Part shown: in pieces, positions 26,156 through 39,127 of the stretch
How the letters are laid out: each line of letters opens with the position of its first letter
Position numbering within the stretch: the stretch's first letter is position 1
Assembly (NCBI GenBank): GCA_965178125.1
Contig: OZ237757.1
Span: 62,001 to 126,000, forward strand
DNA from: Bilabrum cf. latius
Lineage: Eukaryota
Direction: 5' to 3'
DNA length: 64,000 bases
Notes under the pieces: model-generated
Told to the model about the DNA's origin: nothing
Seen by the model: only the letters and a program-made list of their open reading frames with translations
Database searches by the model: none
Made by a program: the position numbers and the translations under genes

Positions 26156-26293
26156 TCCGTGGGCCTAGAACCTGATCCTCTGCTGGTAGGGAACCTGTGT
26201 GTTGGATAGGCCGGAACGACTGCCTTGGCTTGCTTGGATTCTGGTATTTGTCTGCATTAAAATAATCAGGAGTCCGCATCATGCAGTCGAATC

Positions 26294-27796
26294 TTAGGCG
26301 GTTCCATCGGCGACCGGACCTGCATCCGCGCACTGCGTCCCGGCCTCCTTGCAGGGCCAGGGACACATGACATGAGGCTGGGCCTCGGGGGCGCTCTGGT
26401 TCTGCACCCACGCCGAGATGGCCTGCTGCTCGGACACGCCCCGAATCATCCTCGAGTTCCAGTCGTCGCCCGCGGTCTCGCAGTGTGCGAGGCACGACGT
26501 GATGAAGCTGCTCCTGGCCGGGCCCTTCGGGTCCGGGTTTGTCACCTGCTTGAGCACTTGCAGGTAGGCTGCCCTGTACTGCTCCAGGATGCGCAGCTGG
26601 GTAGCGTTGCAGTTGGAGAGGTTCTCGTCGCAGCTGTTGTTCCACTGCGGCAGCGGCTGCCCCTGCCCCGGGGGCATCCTCCTCTGCAAGATGCCTTTCT
26701 GGGCCCATGAGTCGTACGCGCTGTTGAGAGCGAAGAAAGGAGTCTTGGTGTGGGGCAGGGAGTACTGTGCCATGAAGCACTCGAACTCTGGCTCTCCAGC
26801 GGCCCTCTTCGCCTCGAGGCAGGCCTGATTGACGCCCGCGCTCGCGTTCTGCTCGTTGTAGACGACCTCGTACAGCGCGCGGATGGCAGGCTCCCCGTTC
26901 AGGTTCGGCAGGTCTGGGAAGAAGCCGGCGTCGCTGATGGCCACGGTCTGCATCGATGAATTCGAACGGAAATTTCGGGAGCAACTGGGTTCGTTCGCAG
27001 GATTGAGAGAAGCATAGAGTGCACTCGATGCGACAGGGCGTTGCAGGGGGTCTCACGTGGGCTTGGTTGCCAGTCACCTCCGCCATGTATGCCGCAAATC
27101 GATCGGCGTGCTGAAACGTGGCGAGCCCTCCGGCCGAGCAGCCCGCCAGCACCGCCGTGCGTGCCTCGGACACCGTGACGCGGAAGGTGGGGTCCTCCCG
27201 GAGAGTGGCCAGGACTGCCTCCAGTACCTCGTGCCCGCGGAAATGCAGTTGCGTCCCGTTGTACGTGGTAACTGTGTTGTTGCTTCCGGAAACTGCGGCG
27301 GGTTGCATGGGCATGCATGAGCCGGATAGCGTGCTACGGCGAAGGTTTGCAAACGGTACTACTGATGAGAGGTACCGGGTACGACGCAACTCTCACAGCT
27401 TGCCCCGTCGCAATACTTCAAATATACCTTGTCGAAAGTACTAAGGTACGGATTAAGGGAAGGATCATTAGACATCAACCCGTCGTCGCCTTCTCCCGGA
27501 GTCCATTCCGGAGGATAGCTCGAAGAGGAGCCCAGACTCGTCTTCGAGCGACTGTAGCAGTTTCTGGTTCCTACGCACCATCCACCCCCCTCTAGGAACA
27601 TAATGAGTCCCTTTCCATTATTTCGCTACGTTTGTGATCCAGGAGACCAGTAAAACGCTCCTGGAGTGCCATCGATACACTTGGCTAGCGGATACTTTTG
27701 AGAGTCTAGCTTGTATAGGGTGAACTTGGCTTCCCCCAGCGATGCGTGTGTCAATCCAGCAGAAAGTGTAAGTGCGGCAAGCAGCGACGCCGGCAT
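26294..27796 (-). CDS. Pectin acetylesterase/Notum-family hydrolase, secreted
   Basis: Signal peptide; CIDGTPGAFY, FLEGGGWC, YCDGAS|FSG (intron 27396-27293), GCSAGG nucleophile motif, SDAGFF (intron 27056-26948), NSAYDSW, SCLAHC. TAG at 27626; ends TAA 26294-26296. Confidence 0.88.
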
Positions 27797-28152
27797 CGAT
27801 ATCGTAGGCTTCAGAAAATTTTGGTGCGACCACAATGTTCGCAGCCGGCGATCGATCGCGATCCATTCGGTCGGATTCCGGTTTGTCGTGATGCATCGTC
27901 GAACAGCACCGACTTAGCCAAGGTATACTACAAATTTAATAAGTTTAGCTTGTTCGTATCACGTGTCTGTGTTTGGAAGGTGCTGCTCGTTCAGGCGATC
28001 TAACTGTCTCTGTACGCTGCAGACATGCCCCCACCTATTTGGTGAGCGAGTTTTGCGTAGCTAGTGTTTGCGGCCTTCTTGAAGAATAGATTAGCATCCT
28101 CACCACAGGGTCCGGGGACTCTACGTTCCAGCAGGCGCTCGGGAATGGCCGC

Positions 28153-31100
28153 ATGGCAGCCGTCGAAAGGGGTGAGAGCATCTAGCGTATAAATTTCTTG
28201 CCGTGTTGCAGCACATGCACAATCTGCCGCTGAAGGACACGCCAACCACGTACACACATGCGGGCCACTGCCACTGCCACGTCCTCTGTCTCGTCATCGT
28301 GCCATTTCCGCTGCTAGCTCCCGATCGCAGGCCTCTTCCTCGTCATCTACAGCATGATGTCCCAGAACTCCGTCAAGAACTACCTGCTAGCCCTTGCATT
28401 CATCGTGGTGAGCAAGATGCCAGCTGCACACTGGCAATCGTTCAGCCTCTCGTGAGCCAGTGTTCTGTCCCAGGGCACGCGGGTCGTCACACCGCGCGTG
28501 ATACCAAGGGAAAATGCCAAGCTCTGTAACGGTGTAATGGCTAGCATATCTGCTTCTATCAAGCTATGCTACGGTGTCCTCCGTTGGGATGCCGCAATTT
28601 GTTCTCTCGCACTGGTGCCGATGCCAACAGCTCGCTCCACCCTACCTTACCTTGTGTCCTGCAGGAGCCGCTGCAGCTGCTGGCCACGAGCTTCGCTTCA
28701 CCATCATTCCAGTGGCCTCCTGGGACTGTGATGCACGTGCTGCAGCAGGCCAGTACGCTAGTCTCCACCGTGTTCCATAGCACGACCTACCGTGGGAGGA
28801 CCGTCGAGTTCTGGGTGGCGACCAGCATGATACTGCTCGTGCTGGCCACGCTGGCCTACGTCGCTTTGCGGCTCTCGTTCACCAACAGCTCCCCCAGCAG
28901 GACTCTGCAGTTCCTGCGCTTCTTCGTGCTAGGTTTGATCACAATTCTGTACATGCCGATCGTGGAGCTGCTCACCTTCTTTGGGATACCGAACGTGCTG
29001 GATGATGGCACCATGGTGCTGGCTGCCTTCCCCGGGCAAGGGGAGATTGATTACGGCATCTTCGTGGGCGCTTGGTTACTCATCGTGGTCTTCGGGCTAG
29101 TGTCGTTTACCACCGCAACCATTGCGGTGGACGTCGAAGGGGCCTTCGGCATGACCCACGGGAGGTCAGAGCTGGTTGCCCTGGTCTGCAAGCTGGCACT
29201 CCTGCTCATCCAGCAGCTGAGGCCGGTGTCTGGCAATCTCATCCTAATCGCGAAACCGTTCATCGCTGCCCTATTGCTGTACCAGCTCTTGTACTTCTTC
29301 CCCTACAACTCGCTGGCATCCAACTAGTTCAGGGCGGCTGCATTCACCGTGTTTTCTGGACCACTGTGATCGAGGTCATGCGGGTCGGCAGCGTGTCGCT
29401 CCCCGTGGCGGGGGACCTCTTCCTGCTGGGTCTAGGGCCCGCCGCATATGTGGGTGCATTTCTGGCCCGGCGCAGGCAGCAGCTAGTGGTGGCTCGTGTG
29501 CCTCCGTCCAGCCGCATGCTGCAGGTGATCACCACGGGTGACCAGCGGGCGGAGGATGACCTCGTCCGTCGGCTGGGCCTCGACGGGTCCGAGACCGACC
29601 TGGACATCTTGGTGAGGCATGTGATGAGCAGGAGCGACTCGAGCGCTGCTGGGCTGCAGAAAGGGGACGAGAGCGAGGCCGCTGGGTTCTCCATGCTGGG
29701 GCTGCTGGGACTTTCGGTGGACGGTTCTGACCCTGAGTATGCGGCCCGTGGCGAGGCGGAGGATGACGTCGAGGGGCTGCAGGGGGGCAGCGGCTGTCAA
29801 GACGCAGCCAAGTCCATGGCCCAGAGGTCAAGGCGGCGCTGGGTCTCATTCGAGAAAAGAGTGATGGTCATGCAGTGGCTGTATACCAAGGCCAGCGAGA
29901 AACTAGAGGGCTCTGGCCGGTTCTGGCTGTCCGTCCTCAACACGCACCATTTCTTTGGGCAGGCGCTGCCCATCCGCATGTCGGCTGCAGCGGCCATCAA
30001 GGTGTCTTCCATCGACTTGAGGTACGGCCTGTTCCGGTACCTGTTCGAGAGGAGGAGGCAGCAGCTGGCAGAGGGCATGGGCACTGTGAGGTACCTCGAC
30101 CTGTCCAAGTCGCTCCGCACGGCCCAGCGGTTCCACAAGCAGACCATCCGCGAGATGCGCAAGTTTCTCCAGATGATGGCGGCGGGCGGCACGCCCAGTC
30201 CGTCTCGGGTGCATGAGGCCGTCGGTGCCATCGGGGCAGCCGAGGAGCAGGCCAGCAGGACCTTCGAGGGCTTGCTGGAGAAGCACAGCTACAGCACCCA
30301 GGTGCTCAGGGCATACAGTCTGTTTTTGCTGCAGGTGCACGGGATGGAGGAGGAGTCCGAGGCGTACCTGGAGCTAGCCGATGCGGTGGAGGAGGAGGCG
30401 GCTGCGAGCAGGGCGGCTGCGATGTCCTCCCAGCTGAGGTCGGGAAAGGGCAAGCAGGCCTCCGAGTCGCACGAGTTTGGGGCGGCTAAGGACAAAGGCA
30501 TCAATGAGTAGCAGGGCGATACAGGGGGAAATGGGCATGGTCACAGCGGCGATGATGCTGCCGCCTCGCAGGCTGTTGGTGGAGGATCCATCGACTCTGA
30601 AGCGCCCGTATCTTTGAGCTCCACCTCTACACATGAAGGCGACCAGGAACACGAGCAGGGGCTGCAGACATGCAATCCGGCAGCACCAGACCAAGCACGG
30701 CGAGGCAGCGTGGCTCACAGGTAGGAACCGGGACCGGATGCAGCAGCACCCGCCAGTGGGCGTGGTAGGCCTCCGAGGATACAAGTGCAGAGTGGACAGC
30801 CCAGGTCAGCTCGGTCCCACGTCAAGCGTTAGGCGAGCGAGCGGGAGCAGCTGGCGATGGGTTTAGGCTAGTACACGCCATAGCCCGACGCAGGTGACAG
30901 CGGTCAGGGTGTCGTCACTCCACAGCGGGAGAACGAAAGCGAGGCAGGGGCAGACCGAACAACCAAGTCTCCTGTGAATTCAGCTGGGCAGGATTAGGAC
31001 CTCTACGCAGCAGCCGACTCATCTAGCGGAGTTGCAGCGACCGGCTAGGGACAGCGACAGCCAGTTATTCCTTCGCATGAATCCCATGAGGAGCAGGGCA

Positions 31101-34100
31101 GACGCGGGAAATAGAGCGAGTCGCAGAAACCATCCACTGATGGCAGCACCTCGCAATAGACTCACCATGATAATGCAGCAAGCGGGCATATTTGCGATGA
31201 TTCAGAAAATGGAGAACCAACTCGAGAATGCAGCGATGATAGAGCCAGCATTGGCTTGCAGGGAAGAGGCGGGGTGGATATGTCCAGCGCCACTGCCGAT
31301 CCAGAGGGAAGGATCGACAGGAGGATTTCATTCGCAGACCAGCAAGCAGCGAAAGCTAGCAAGCCTGCAGCTAAGCACGGGGAAGAGACCCCCGCCCAGT
31401 CCAGGCGGACCAAATGGAAGAAGCAGCTCAGTCGCGACCGGTCGGCCAGATAGGTGTGGCAGGCCAAGGCCGGGCTGGGCTCGAGCAAGAGGACCTACCA
31501 CGAGGTGACGGATGGGGCCAACTAGATGGGCATGCGAGACGTGCAGAGGAGACGCAGTGCCAAGGGCAGCGACAGCGAGGCGGACAGGCCCAGGGAGTTT
31601 CAGGGCATCCAGCGGCTGCAGTGGGTGTTGCTGGGACTTAGTCTGCTGGTGATCGCGACGCTGAGCATCCCTTTCACGGTCAGCGTGGTCGAGCTCGACA
31701 GCTTGCAGGGCAATCTCGAGAAGGCTGCTACCAGTGACCGACGAGAGACGGTTTTCTGGCTGTTGAGCTCGTACATGGCGCACATGGAGAGACTGGAGGA
31801 CTGCGGGAACAGCCCAGGGATTGAGGGCATTCCGCCCGAGATGCTGCTGGACCTGTCCGAGGCAGCGGGCGAGTTCAGCTACCTGCAGCACCGTCTGGTA
31901 TTCTGTGACGAGCCGAACGCCGACCTGCCTTCCTACCAGCGGTACGCGCAGAACCTTCCCACGGGCTGTTCCTCGGGCGAGCTGGCCATATCGCTGACCA
32001 GGGACACTCGAGTGACGATTGCCGAGCTCTCCGCGGAGGTGAACGAGTCCACTGGATCCATCAGTCTCTCTGAGTTCAAGCGGGACCTGCTGATCGATGA
32101 CTACACGCAGAAGGTCATCTACGACCTAAGGAGGCTGGCGGTCAACGTATCGGAGGCATATCCAGGCACGGGGTGGGGCACAATGGTCTCCCTTGAGTCT
32201 CACTGGCTCACGGCACTTTCGCTAGCGCTCCCACCGGGCCAGATCCCGGGGGCGCTGCAACAGTACAACAAGTCGTGTATCGCGCCCGCGCTAGCCTCCA
32301 CCGCGCATGGGGATGCCTACAACGGCTGGGCGCAGGTGATGTACAACGCGCACAGCATCGGAGACGCACTGGGCCGCTCAACGGACATATACGAGGAGGC
32401 TGTCCTGCGGAGCGACCGGACGTTCCTGATCGCGCTCATCACCACGAGCGTGCTTCTTACTGCAGTGTTCGCCGGCGTCCCCTGCTGCCTCGCGTGGGCC
32501 CTCAGGAGTGCTCATCTGGAGCAGGCCATGGGGTACTACCTCCTCGATGCTGTGCCCCCGGCGGCCTTTCGCGCGGTGCTGGACAAGCTGGACGGCTCTC
32601 AGGGGGATCAAGTGACGGAGGCCAAGGACCTGAGCCGGCAGGACTCCTTTGGCGACATCAAGGACCTGGCAGAGGGAAACATCGAGGGTGGGAGCGGTGC
32701 AACCAGCCCCGGCAGTGAGCGCGAGAGCACGTCGATTGACGGATCCGTGCTACGAGCCCAGATCCGGGAAGCGGACTCGTCACACCTGCAGAAGATGCTG
32801 GGGAAGAACGGGGCGCGTCCCGGCAGCGTGCTGCACGCCGCCATGGAGCGGCTCCAAGTATCGGACAGGAGGGCGGCCCGCCGGGCGGCTGGATTTGGGA
32901 CTGCGCGAGTCTCGGATGCCAGCGCCTGGTCGGCGGGACTCGAGGGCGGGCTGCTATAGCCTACTAGGGAACAACACGGGCTGCTCCAACCTACTAGGGA
33001 ACAACACGGGCCCGGGAGTGCCACGGTCCTGGAGCAGACCAGCACCAGCGGGGCCAGTGCACCCAGGGAGGCAGCGGCAGGGCGCGATGGGTAGATCCAC
33101 GGCGAGTCCAAGCTGATACCAACTACAGATGAGAGATCAAAGGGCAGAGCTGGGGTGATTTTGCCCAGTGCATCTGCGGCAACGGGAAATTCCAAAGAGG
33201 GCTCCGGGGTGATGTCGGTGCATTCCGGCAAGGTGCCGTCGCTGGCACGACCCCGCGACTAGAGAGAGGCACGGACGGAGAGAGCGACGACTGGTGCAGG
33301 GGCCACAGATGGGGACCCTCTGCTGCAATTGCTGGGCGAGGTGTAGGCAGTGCACGAGGGCGGGTGGCAGTTCCGGCAGGATCTGTGGCGCGTGGTCGGC
33401 GCCGGATTGGCCGTGTGGGTCGCCACAACGGTGATCGCCGTGCTGCTGCCAGTCATGTACGACTCTGCCTCGGAGATCATCCAGCAGTTCGACGTTATGG
33501 GCAGGTGGCTGGTCACCGTGGCTCGCTCCTAGTTCGAGTACATGGTATTCACCGCGCGATCCAACGACGTGGTGTCGTATGCGAACTTCCCCACCGAGCT
33601 GGGCGTGGCCGGCCTGGGCCTGCCGCCGTGGTACCGCTTCAACGAGAGCTGGAGCCAGGACGTGGTCGGGTCTCTGGCAGATAAGGCCGAGGAGCTGCAC
33701 CGATGCGTCGTGTTCGGCTGCGCGGAAGAGGGCGTGCTCGGGGTGTCGACCTCGCCCAAGCTGGAAGACTACTTCTTCGGGCCAGCTGGGATCGACGAGG
33801 GGTTCAAGGTGTACGTGCAGGACCTCCGGCTGAGGTCGGTGGAGGCGCCCATGTATACGTCCACCGCGTACATGGCCATGCGCAACCTGCCTCGGCTGTA
33901 TGCTAGCCTCTTCAACGACTGGGCGGGACAGTACGTGCTCACGCTGGCGGTGGGTATGGGCTGCGTGCTGGCAATCGTGGGGGCGTCCTTCCTCCACTAC
34001 TACTTTGTGTTCGTGCGCGCGTTCACCGCGCAGACTAGGAGGTATCGATTCATGCTGGGCTTGCTGCCCGATCGACTCGTGACGCAGCTGCCGCTGTTCA

Positions 34101-34201
34101 CGAGCTACATGGTGACGACGCAGTGGGTGGAGCCCTCGAGGGGCCTCGAGGCAGACGCAAGCATGATCTTGGGAGACGATGACGACCCGGGAAAGGCTTG
34201 A
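28153..34201 (+). CDS. TmcB/TmcC (tiny macrocysts)-like multi-pass membrane protein; contains a 1-nt frameshift near 29350
   Basis: Exons 28153-28171, 28331-28407 and 28665-34201. N-terminal TM bundle, TPR-like [33 protein letters not shown], further TM pairs ending LLDAVPP and MLGLLP. 17 in-frame TAGs counted; ends TGA 34199. Confidence 0.7.
32948..33007. repeat. 30-bp tandem duplication (GLL*PTREQH / [10 protein letters not shown])
   Basis: GGGCTGCTATAGCCTACTAGGGAACAACAC followed by GGGCTGCTCCAACCTACTAGGGAACAACAC. Confidence 0.95.
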
Positions 34202-34811
34202 CGTGCTGAGAAGGAAATTAACTGTGACATGCTTGTTGGCGAGGCCAACAAGTTCATGAGATTGAAGTCGCGCGTTGGGCGCAGGACCCGCTCGAGTTGC
34301 AGGACCAGATGCGACATAGCAGAAGCGCAGAAGAGAGCGCCGCTGACGGGGCGGCGGCTAGCGGTGGGCGAGGGGTGATGGTTCACCAAGCGAGCGAGGG
34401 ATTAGTGTAGAAGAGTATGATTGGTGGGGTGATCTGGTTGATCCGGATGCGGCGGATGGAAAGGGGGAGACACAGCCTGAGGCCTGGCTGGCAGAGGTGT
34501 TGGCGTGTGGGTGGCGAGTGACACTTGAAGGATCAAGGATCGGAAGTTGGGAGGTCACAATTATACTTGAGCGGCAACGAAGCCCCGCGCTATTCGGGCA
34601 CTGAGGGGCAGCGCTCGCCAGTTCTTGCTATAATAACCTCTTCCTCGAACAATGTGTAATTCCAATTGCCAAAGAAGCGCGCAGACCGAGCGTGGGGCAA
34701 GGCTGTCCACCTACCACAAGCGGAGTCGCTGCGGGCGAACCCTGCGGAGCCTCCGACCCAAGCATGTAGTGCAGCTGATCGCTGCGTGCTGGAGGCGCCG
34801 GAGTCCCGGGG

Positions 34812-37454
34812 TCACACTTCATTCGCGAGACCGGCCTTCGCACCTATATATGGGTTCATAGTCTGCGGGGCCGGTGCATGAGGCGGAGCCACCGTGCTCT
34901 GGGATGAGACCTCGGCCGGCTTGCTGTCGCCGCCATCATCGGCGTCTTTGGTCTTCTTGGCGAGCTTGTCCTCGGTGGGCTCGATGGACCCGCAGCTCAG
35001 GTTCCCGCCGCACACCATCACGTCAAAGGTCCGGATGCCCCCTGCCACACTGGCAAAGGCACCCATGATGAGGGTCATGAAACCACCAGCAGCGCCCAGA
35101 ATGTACTCCCAGGACCGCTTCACGATGGTGCCACTGGACCGTTGTCCCGACAGCACCACCTAAGCCATCGAGTAGTCTCCGTTGATGTCGTTCAGTGCGT
35201 TGATTGCCGCCACAGGCACAGGCACTGCGGCGTTGTTGCCTTCCAAGGTGATGAAGCCAGCGTCGGTGCCCGAAACTAGGGTGCGATTGACGGCCCTCAT
35301 GACCCTCCATAGGCACGACGTCCGGTTCTGCGTGCTGAGTGTCTCCTTGATGTCGTCATTGGTGAACGTGGACGAGCGATCGGTGGCGATAGACAGGTAC
35401 CCAGTGGACAGGCGGGCCCCCTGGGGGTTACTGTTGAGGCTGCCGCCTTCCTTGTACGAGGACGAGTGGTGCTGGAGCAGCACACGACCACGGGCGATGG
35501 GCACGCCGCCCACTGACCGCAGCAGCTCCTTCTTGCCTGATGGGTTGTCTCGCAGGGACAGGATCTCGGAGCGGATGGACATGCCAACCTCGGCGGTGGG
35601 ACGGCCGCGGTTGAAGTCTGTGTACGAGTACTCGGTGTTGAAGCTGCGGAGTAGGTGTGCACGATCAGAGGGGAATGAGGAGAACAGTGACCGTGCTCAG
35701 GGTAGAAGAAGTGAGAACTAAGCCTGTCAAGGCTGCTAGCGCACGCGCGACAATTCGCATGGTTGTACCAATATGCACTGACTCATGTCACCTCTCACCC
35801 TTCCTTCTTGGCTTCGCTCAGCGCAGACTAGGACTCTACGGGGGGCGCCTCTCCGTCGTCCCACTGGTTCCACGTGTTGGGGTTCAGATCCGTCTGCCAC
35901 TCGTCGTCACCGTAGCCGCCGGACCCGCCCTCGCCGCCGTAGTCCCCCCCGAAGAACTGGTCCAGCTCCTCGTCGGACAGACTCTCGAGACCGCCGTAGT
36001 AGTCGTCCTGGAAGCCGGCACCTGCGGGAGCATGTGCAAAATTGACGAAACAAGGCTTGAAGTATCTTACTGACTGCCGATGCACAAGAGATTCACAGCA
36101 TCACTCCAGCGAAAGGCACATGCTAGCCCGCTCACCAGGGTCGAAGCGGAAGAAATCGTCCTCGTAGGTGCCCCCCCCGAAGAAATCGTCCTGCGAGCAG
36201 GCATAGAGAGGGAGATGCAAGGAAGTAGATCGTCCAATGTGAGCATGCGCATCAGGCTGTGTAGACTTGGACCGGATGCAACCAGAAGGCTCACCACTGC
36301 ACCGCCAGGTCCACCGAAATCGTCGTAGCCAGTGTCATCACCGCCGCCGTAGCCGGTATCATCATCGCCGCCGGTGCCAGTGTCATCATCGCCGTCGGCG
36401 CCAGTGTCATCATCGCCGTCGGCGCCAGTGTCATCATCGCCGTCTGCGCCAGTGTCATCATCGCCGTCTGCGCCAGTGTCATCATCGCCGTCTGCGCCAG
36501 TATCATCATCGCCGCCGGTGCCAGTGTCATCATCGCCGTCGGCGCCAGTGTCATCAGTCAGCCGGCGCGCCTTGATCGCTGCACGGCGACGCATGGCCCG
36601 CACGATACCCGCACGGATCCGCACGCGCTCCGCCTCGTCCTGCTGTACGTCCACGGCGGCGACATGAGTGTCTTCGGTGACGGGGTACAGGTGGCCAGGG
36701 AAGGAAGCTGGCCGCACCCGGGCCCAGTCCAGCCTGCTCTGCGCACCGCTGATCGCGTTGACCTCGTGCACGGGGGTGTCACGGGACTGCATGCGGGCCA
36801 GGCGGCGCGTGGTGGTGGTGGTGGTCCTTTGCAGGGCAGCCACGTTGGCGGTCCTATTCCAGTATACGATGATGCCGTCGTTGGCGGCGGGACTGGCGCA
36901 GATGGGCAGGCGCAGCGCTCGTTTGTATGCGAGCGAGATGCACACGCCGGCATCCTTGCTGCGATGCCAGTGAACGAGAAATCAAACCAGAATACGGCGT
37001 TATGCATGCAGGGCGGCGCGGCATGCAGTGGTGAGGTGCATAGACAAAACAGGAGAGATGATATGCTTGCTCACGCGCGAGGGGGGGCGCAGTCGCGCGA
37101 TGGCCCGGTGGTGTATCTGTACTTGCGCTCCAGGAGGCAGCCTCCTGGTGCCTCGCAGATGATCTGAACGGTGCGAGGATCGCTGGTCACGAAAGTCTCG
37201 GCCGTATTCTCGAACGGATTAATTTCCAGCTCCGCGACCACAGACACAAGGTAAATGCCAATGATCGCAGGGATGCAGAGGGTCAGTAACACACCCTGCG
37301 ATACGGAGGGATACGAAATAGTACGTGTTGCGTCAGCTTTCACCCAAACTGTCGAAGTGGCAGCTCACTCGGTGCTATGGGCCTGAAAAATACGCAACGC
37401 GAGTCCAAAAGTAACGCATAGATGTGATGTAAAATTACGCAGTCTGATACCCAT
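34812..37454 (-). CDS. Multi-exon two-TM protein with large Asp/Gly-rich loop (start and some junctions approximate)
   Basis: TM1 GVLLTLCIPAIIGIYLVSVV (~37300-37235); Cys-containing loop; TM2 SWEYILGAAGGFMTLIMGAFASV. TAG at 35828 and 35160; several GTGAG..CAG introns; ends TGA 34812. Confidence 0.55.
36328..36556. repeat. 24-bp coding minisatellite encoding (DDDTGADG)n, ~9 copies
   Basis: GCCAGTGTCATCATCGCCGTCGGC and close variants in tandem. Confidence 0.92.
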
Positions 37455-38437
37455 GACGCGACAAATCCAAGCTAGTGGCACTCGGCCTCAAAAACAACCA
37501 AACGACAACTCGTCGGACAAAAAGAACTGCTGAAGCGGGGCTCGCGCATCGCGGCAAGACACCGAGCTGACAGCATCTGCAATTACAATCGAAGCCATAC
37601 AGTCAAAACCAAAAGAAAACAAGATGATTTGTCATCCCCGGGGCTCTTCCACCCCGAATGGAGGTGATACACTTCGTGACCTGCCCTCTTCCGTTAATCC
37701 ACCCAAAAAAGCGCTCAAGCGTCTCTCAGTCCAAAATAGGTATCTCACGGAGCAATGGTGTGACCCGGGATCTGGCTAAGATTGTACTGTAACGTTCAAA
37801 CATCCGATCCGGTCATATGCTGCGATACTCAAGGGGTTTGCCTGATGAGAAGAGTATTACAGGATGTGGGGGTCTTGCACAGGTCTTGCCACGCATTTTG
37901 TAAAAATCAACCACAACGCCTCGAAAGCAGAGCAAGCGAAATAATAAACATGCAACACATACAAACTTACAGCATAGGGGCTTGGACATGACTCGTATGG
38001 AGTGGCGGTTTTGATGTGAGTCAAGCAGGCTGCAGTTTCGTCCGCGAGGGGGCCTGGGGGTGGAAATCCGCCGCCGGGTACTGGCGACCACCCTTCCAAG
38101 TACAAAAGTGCATTATGCAGCAGCACTACATGGAAAATGAAGGTATTGATGCCATTACATTGCTACACGAGGAAGGAAATATTCAATTGATCACGGAGTA
38201 CGACCTGCATGTGCGAGCGGTCGGCGCGGTCCACACCAGTACACCCTACGAACCCTTGCGTGTCAGCCCTAGGTAGTGCAGAGCGAGTCAATCTCAGAGA
38301 CCTCATCGGTCTCACCAACTATTGTGCACTCTCTGTTGCTATCTTGAATCTATGGATTGCGAGGTACGCTGTTTCGCACCGACACGCTGCGGCAGGACTG
38401 TCAAGCAATACGCGGACTAGAGGTCTACTAGCTGCAA

Positions 38438-38587
38438 GGGTCCCGATTTGTTATAATACGATGGCATAATTAATCTCTGTCCAACCTGCCGGTTGGTATT
38501 TGCTGAGAAAGACGGCGATGGGGACGGGGTGAGCTGGCCCGCACCAGCCTCACCCAAGGGCTGCCCGCCTCGGCAGCCCCACACCAC
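38438..38587. repeat. Split direct repeat B2 (copy of 38915-39064)
   Basis: GGGTCCCGATTTGTTATAATACG...CAGCCCCACACCAC is present twice. Confidence 0.95.
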
Positions 38588-39127
38588 CACGTCCCGGTCG
38601 TCGTCAGGGAACGTGAGCTCCCTGCCGGCAGGTTTGATATCAATCACACATAAAACATGTCAAGCAGGGACCAGTTGGCCGGATCAGCAGGTAGCATCCT
38701 GCACCGCAGCCAGTCTGTCCTGCCGTAGACCCTCCATGAGCTCACGGGTGGGCGGGCTTTCAACAGAACTCCAGTGCCCAGATCTTTATATCTGTGGCGC
38801 TGCGCGTTGCGTCTCAGCCTCCACTCGAGCACTTGCCTCAAGGGAAGTGCCTCGGGAGCACAAACCAGGACCCGAACGACTCGGAATCAGTCGGGCCTGA
38901 TCCCAAGTCTTACCGGGTCCCGATTTGTTATAATACGATGGCATAATTAATCTCTGTCCAACCTGCCGGTTGGTATTTGCTGAGAAAGACGGCGATGGGG
39001 ACGGGGTGAGCTGGCCCGCACCAGCCTCACCCAAGGGCTGCCCGCCTCGGCAGCCCCACACCACATTGATGCTACTCGGACGGGAGGGGCGCCCGTCCGT
39101 TGTCCTCTCGCCATTCTGACTCATTCC

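Noticed and set aside
37782-38437. Possible decayed gene; TSDPVICCDTQGVCLMRR resembles TSDPRTVQIICEAPGGCLLERK of the neighbouring gene
   Set aside because: The similarity is too short, the frames contain TGA/TAA and there is no codon bias; it cannot be supported without alignment statistics.
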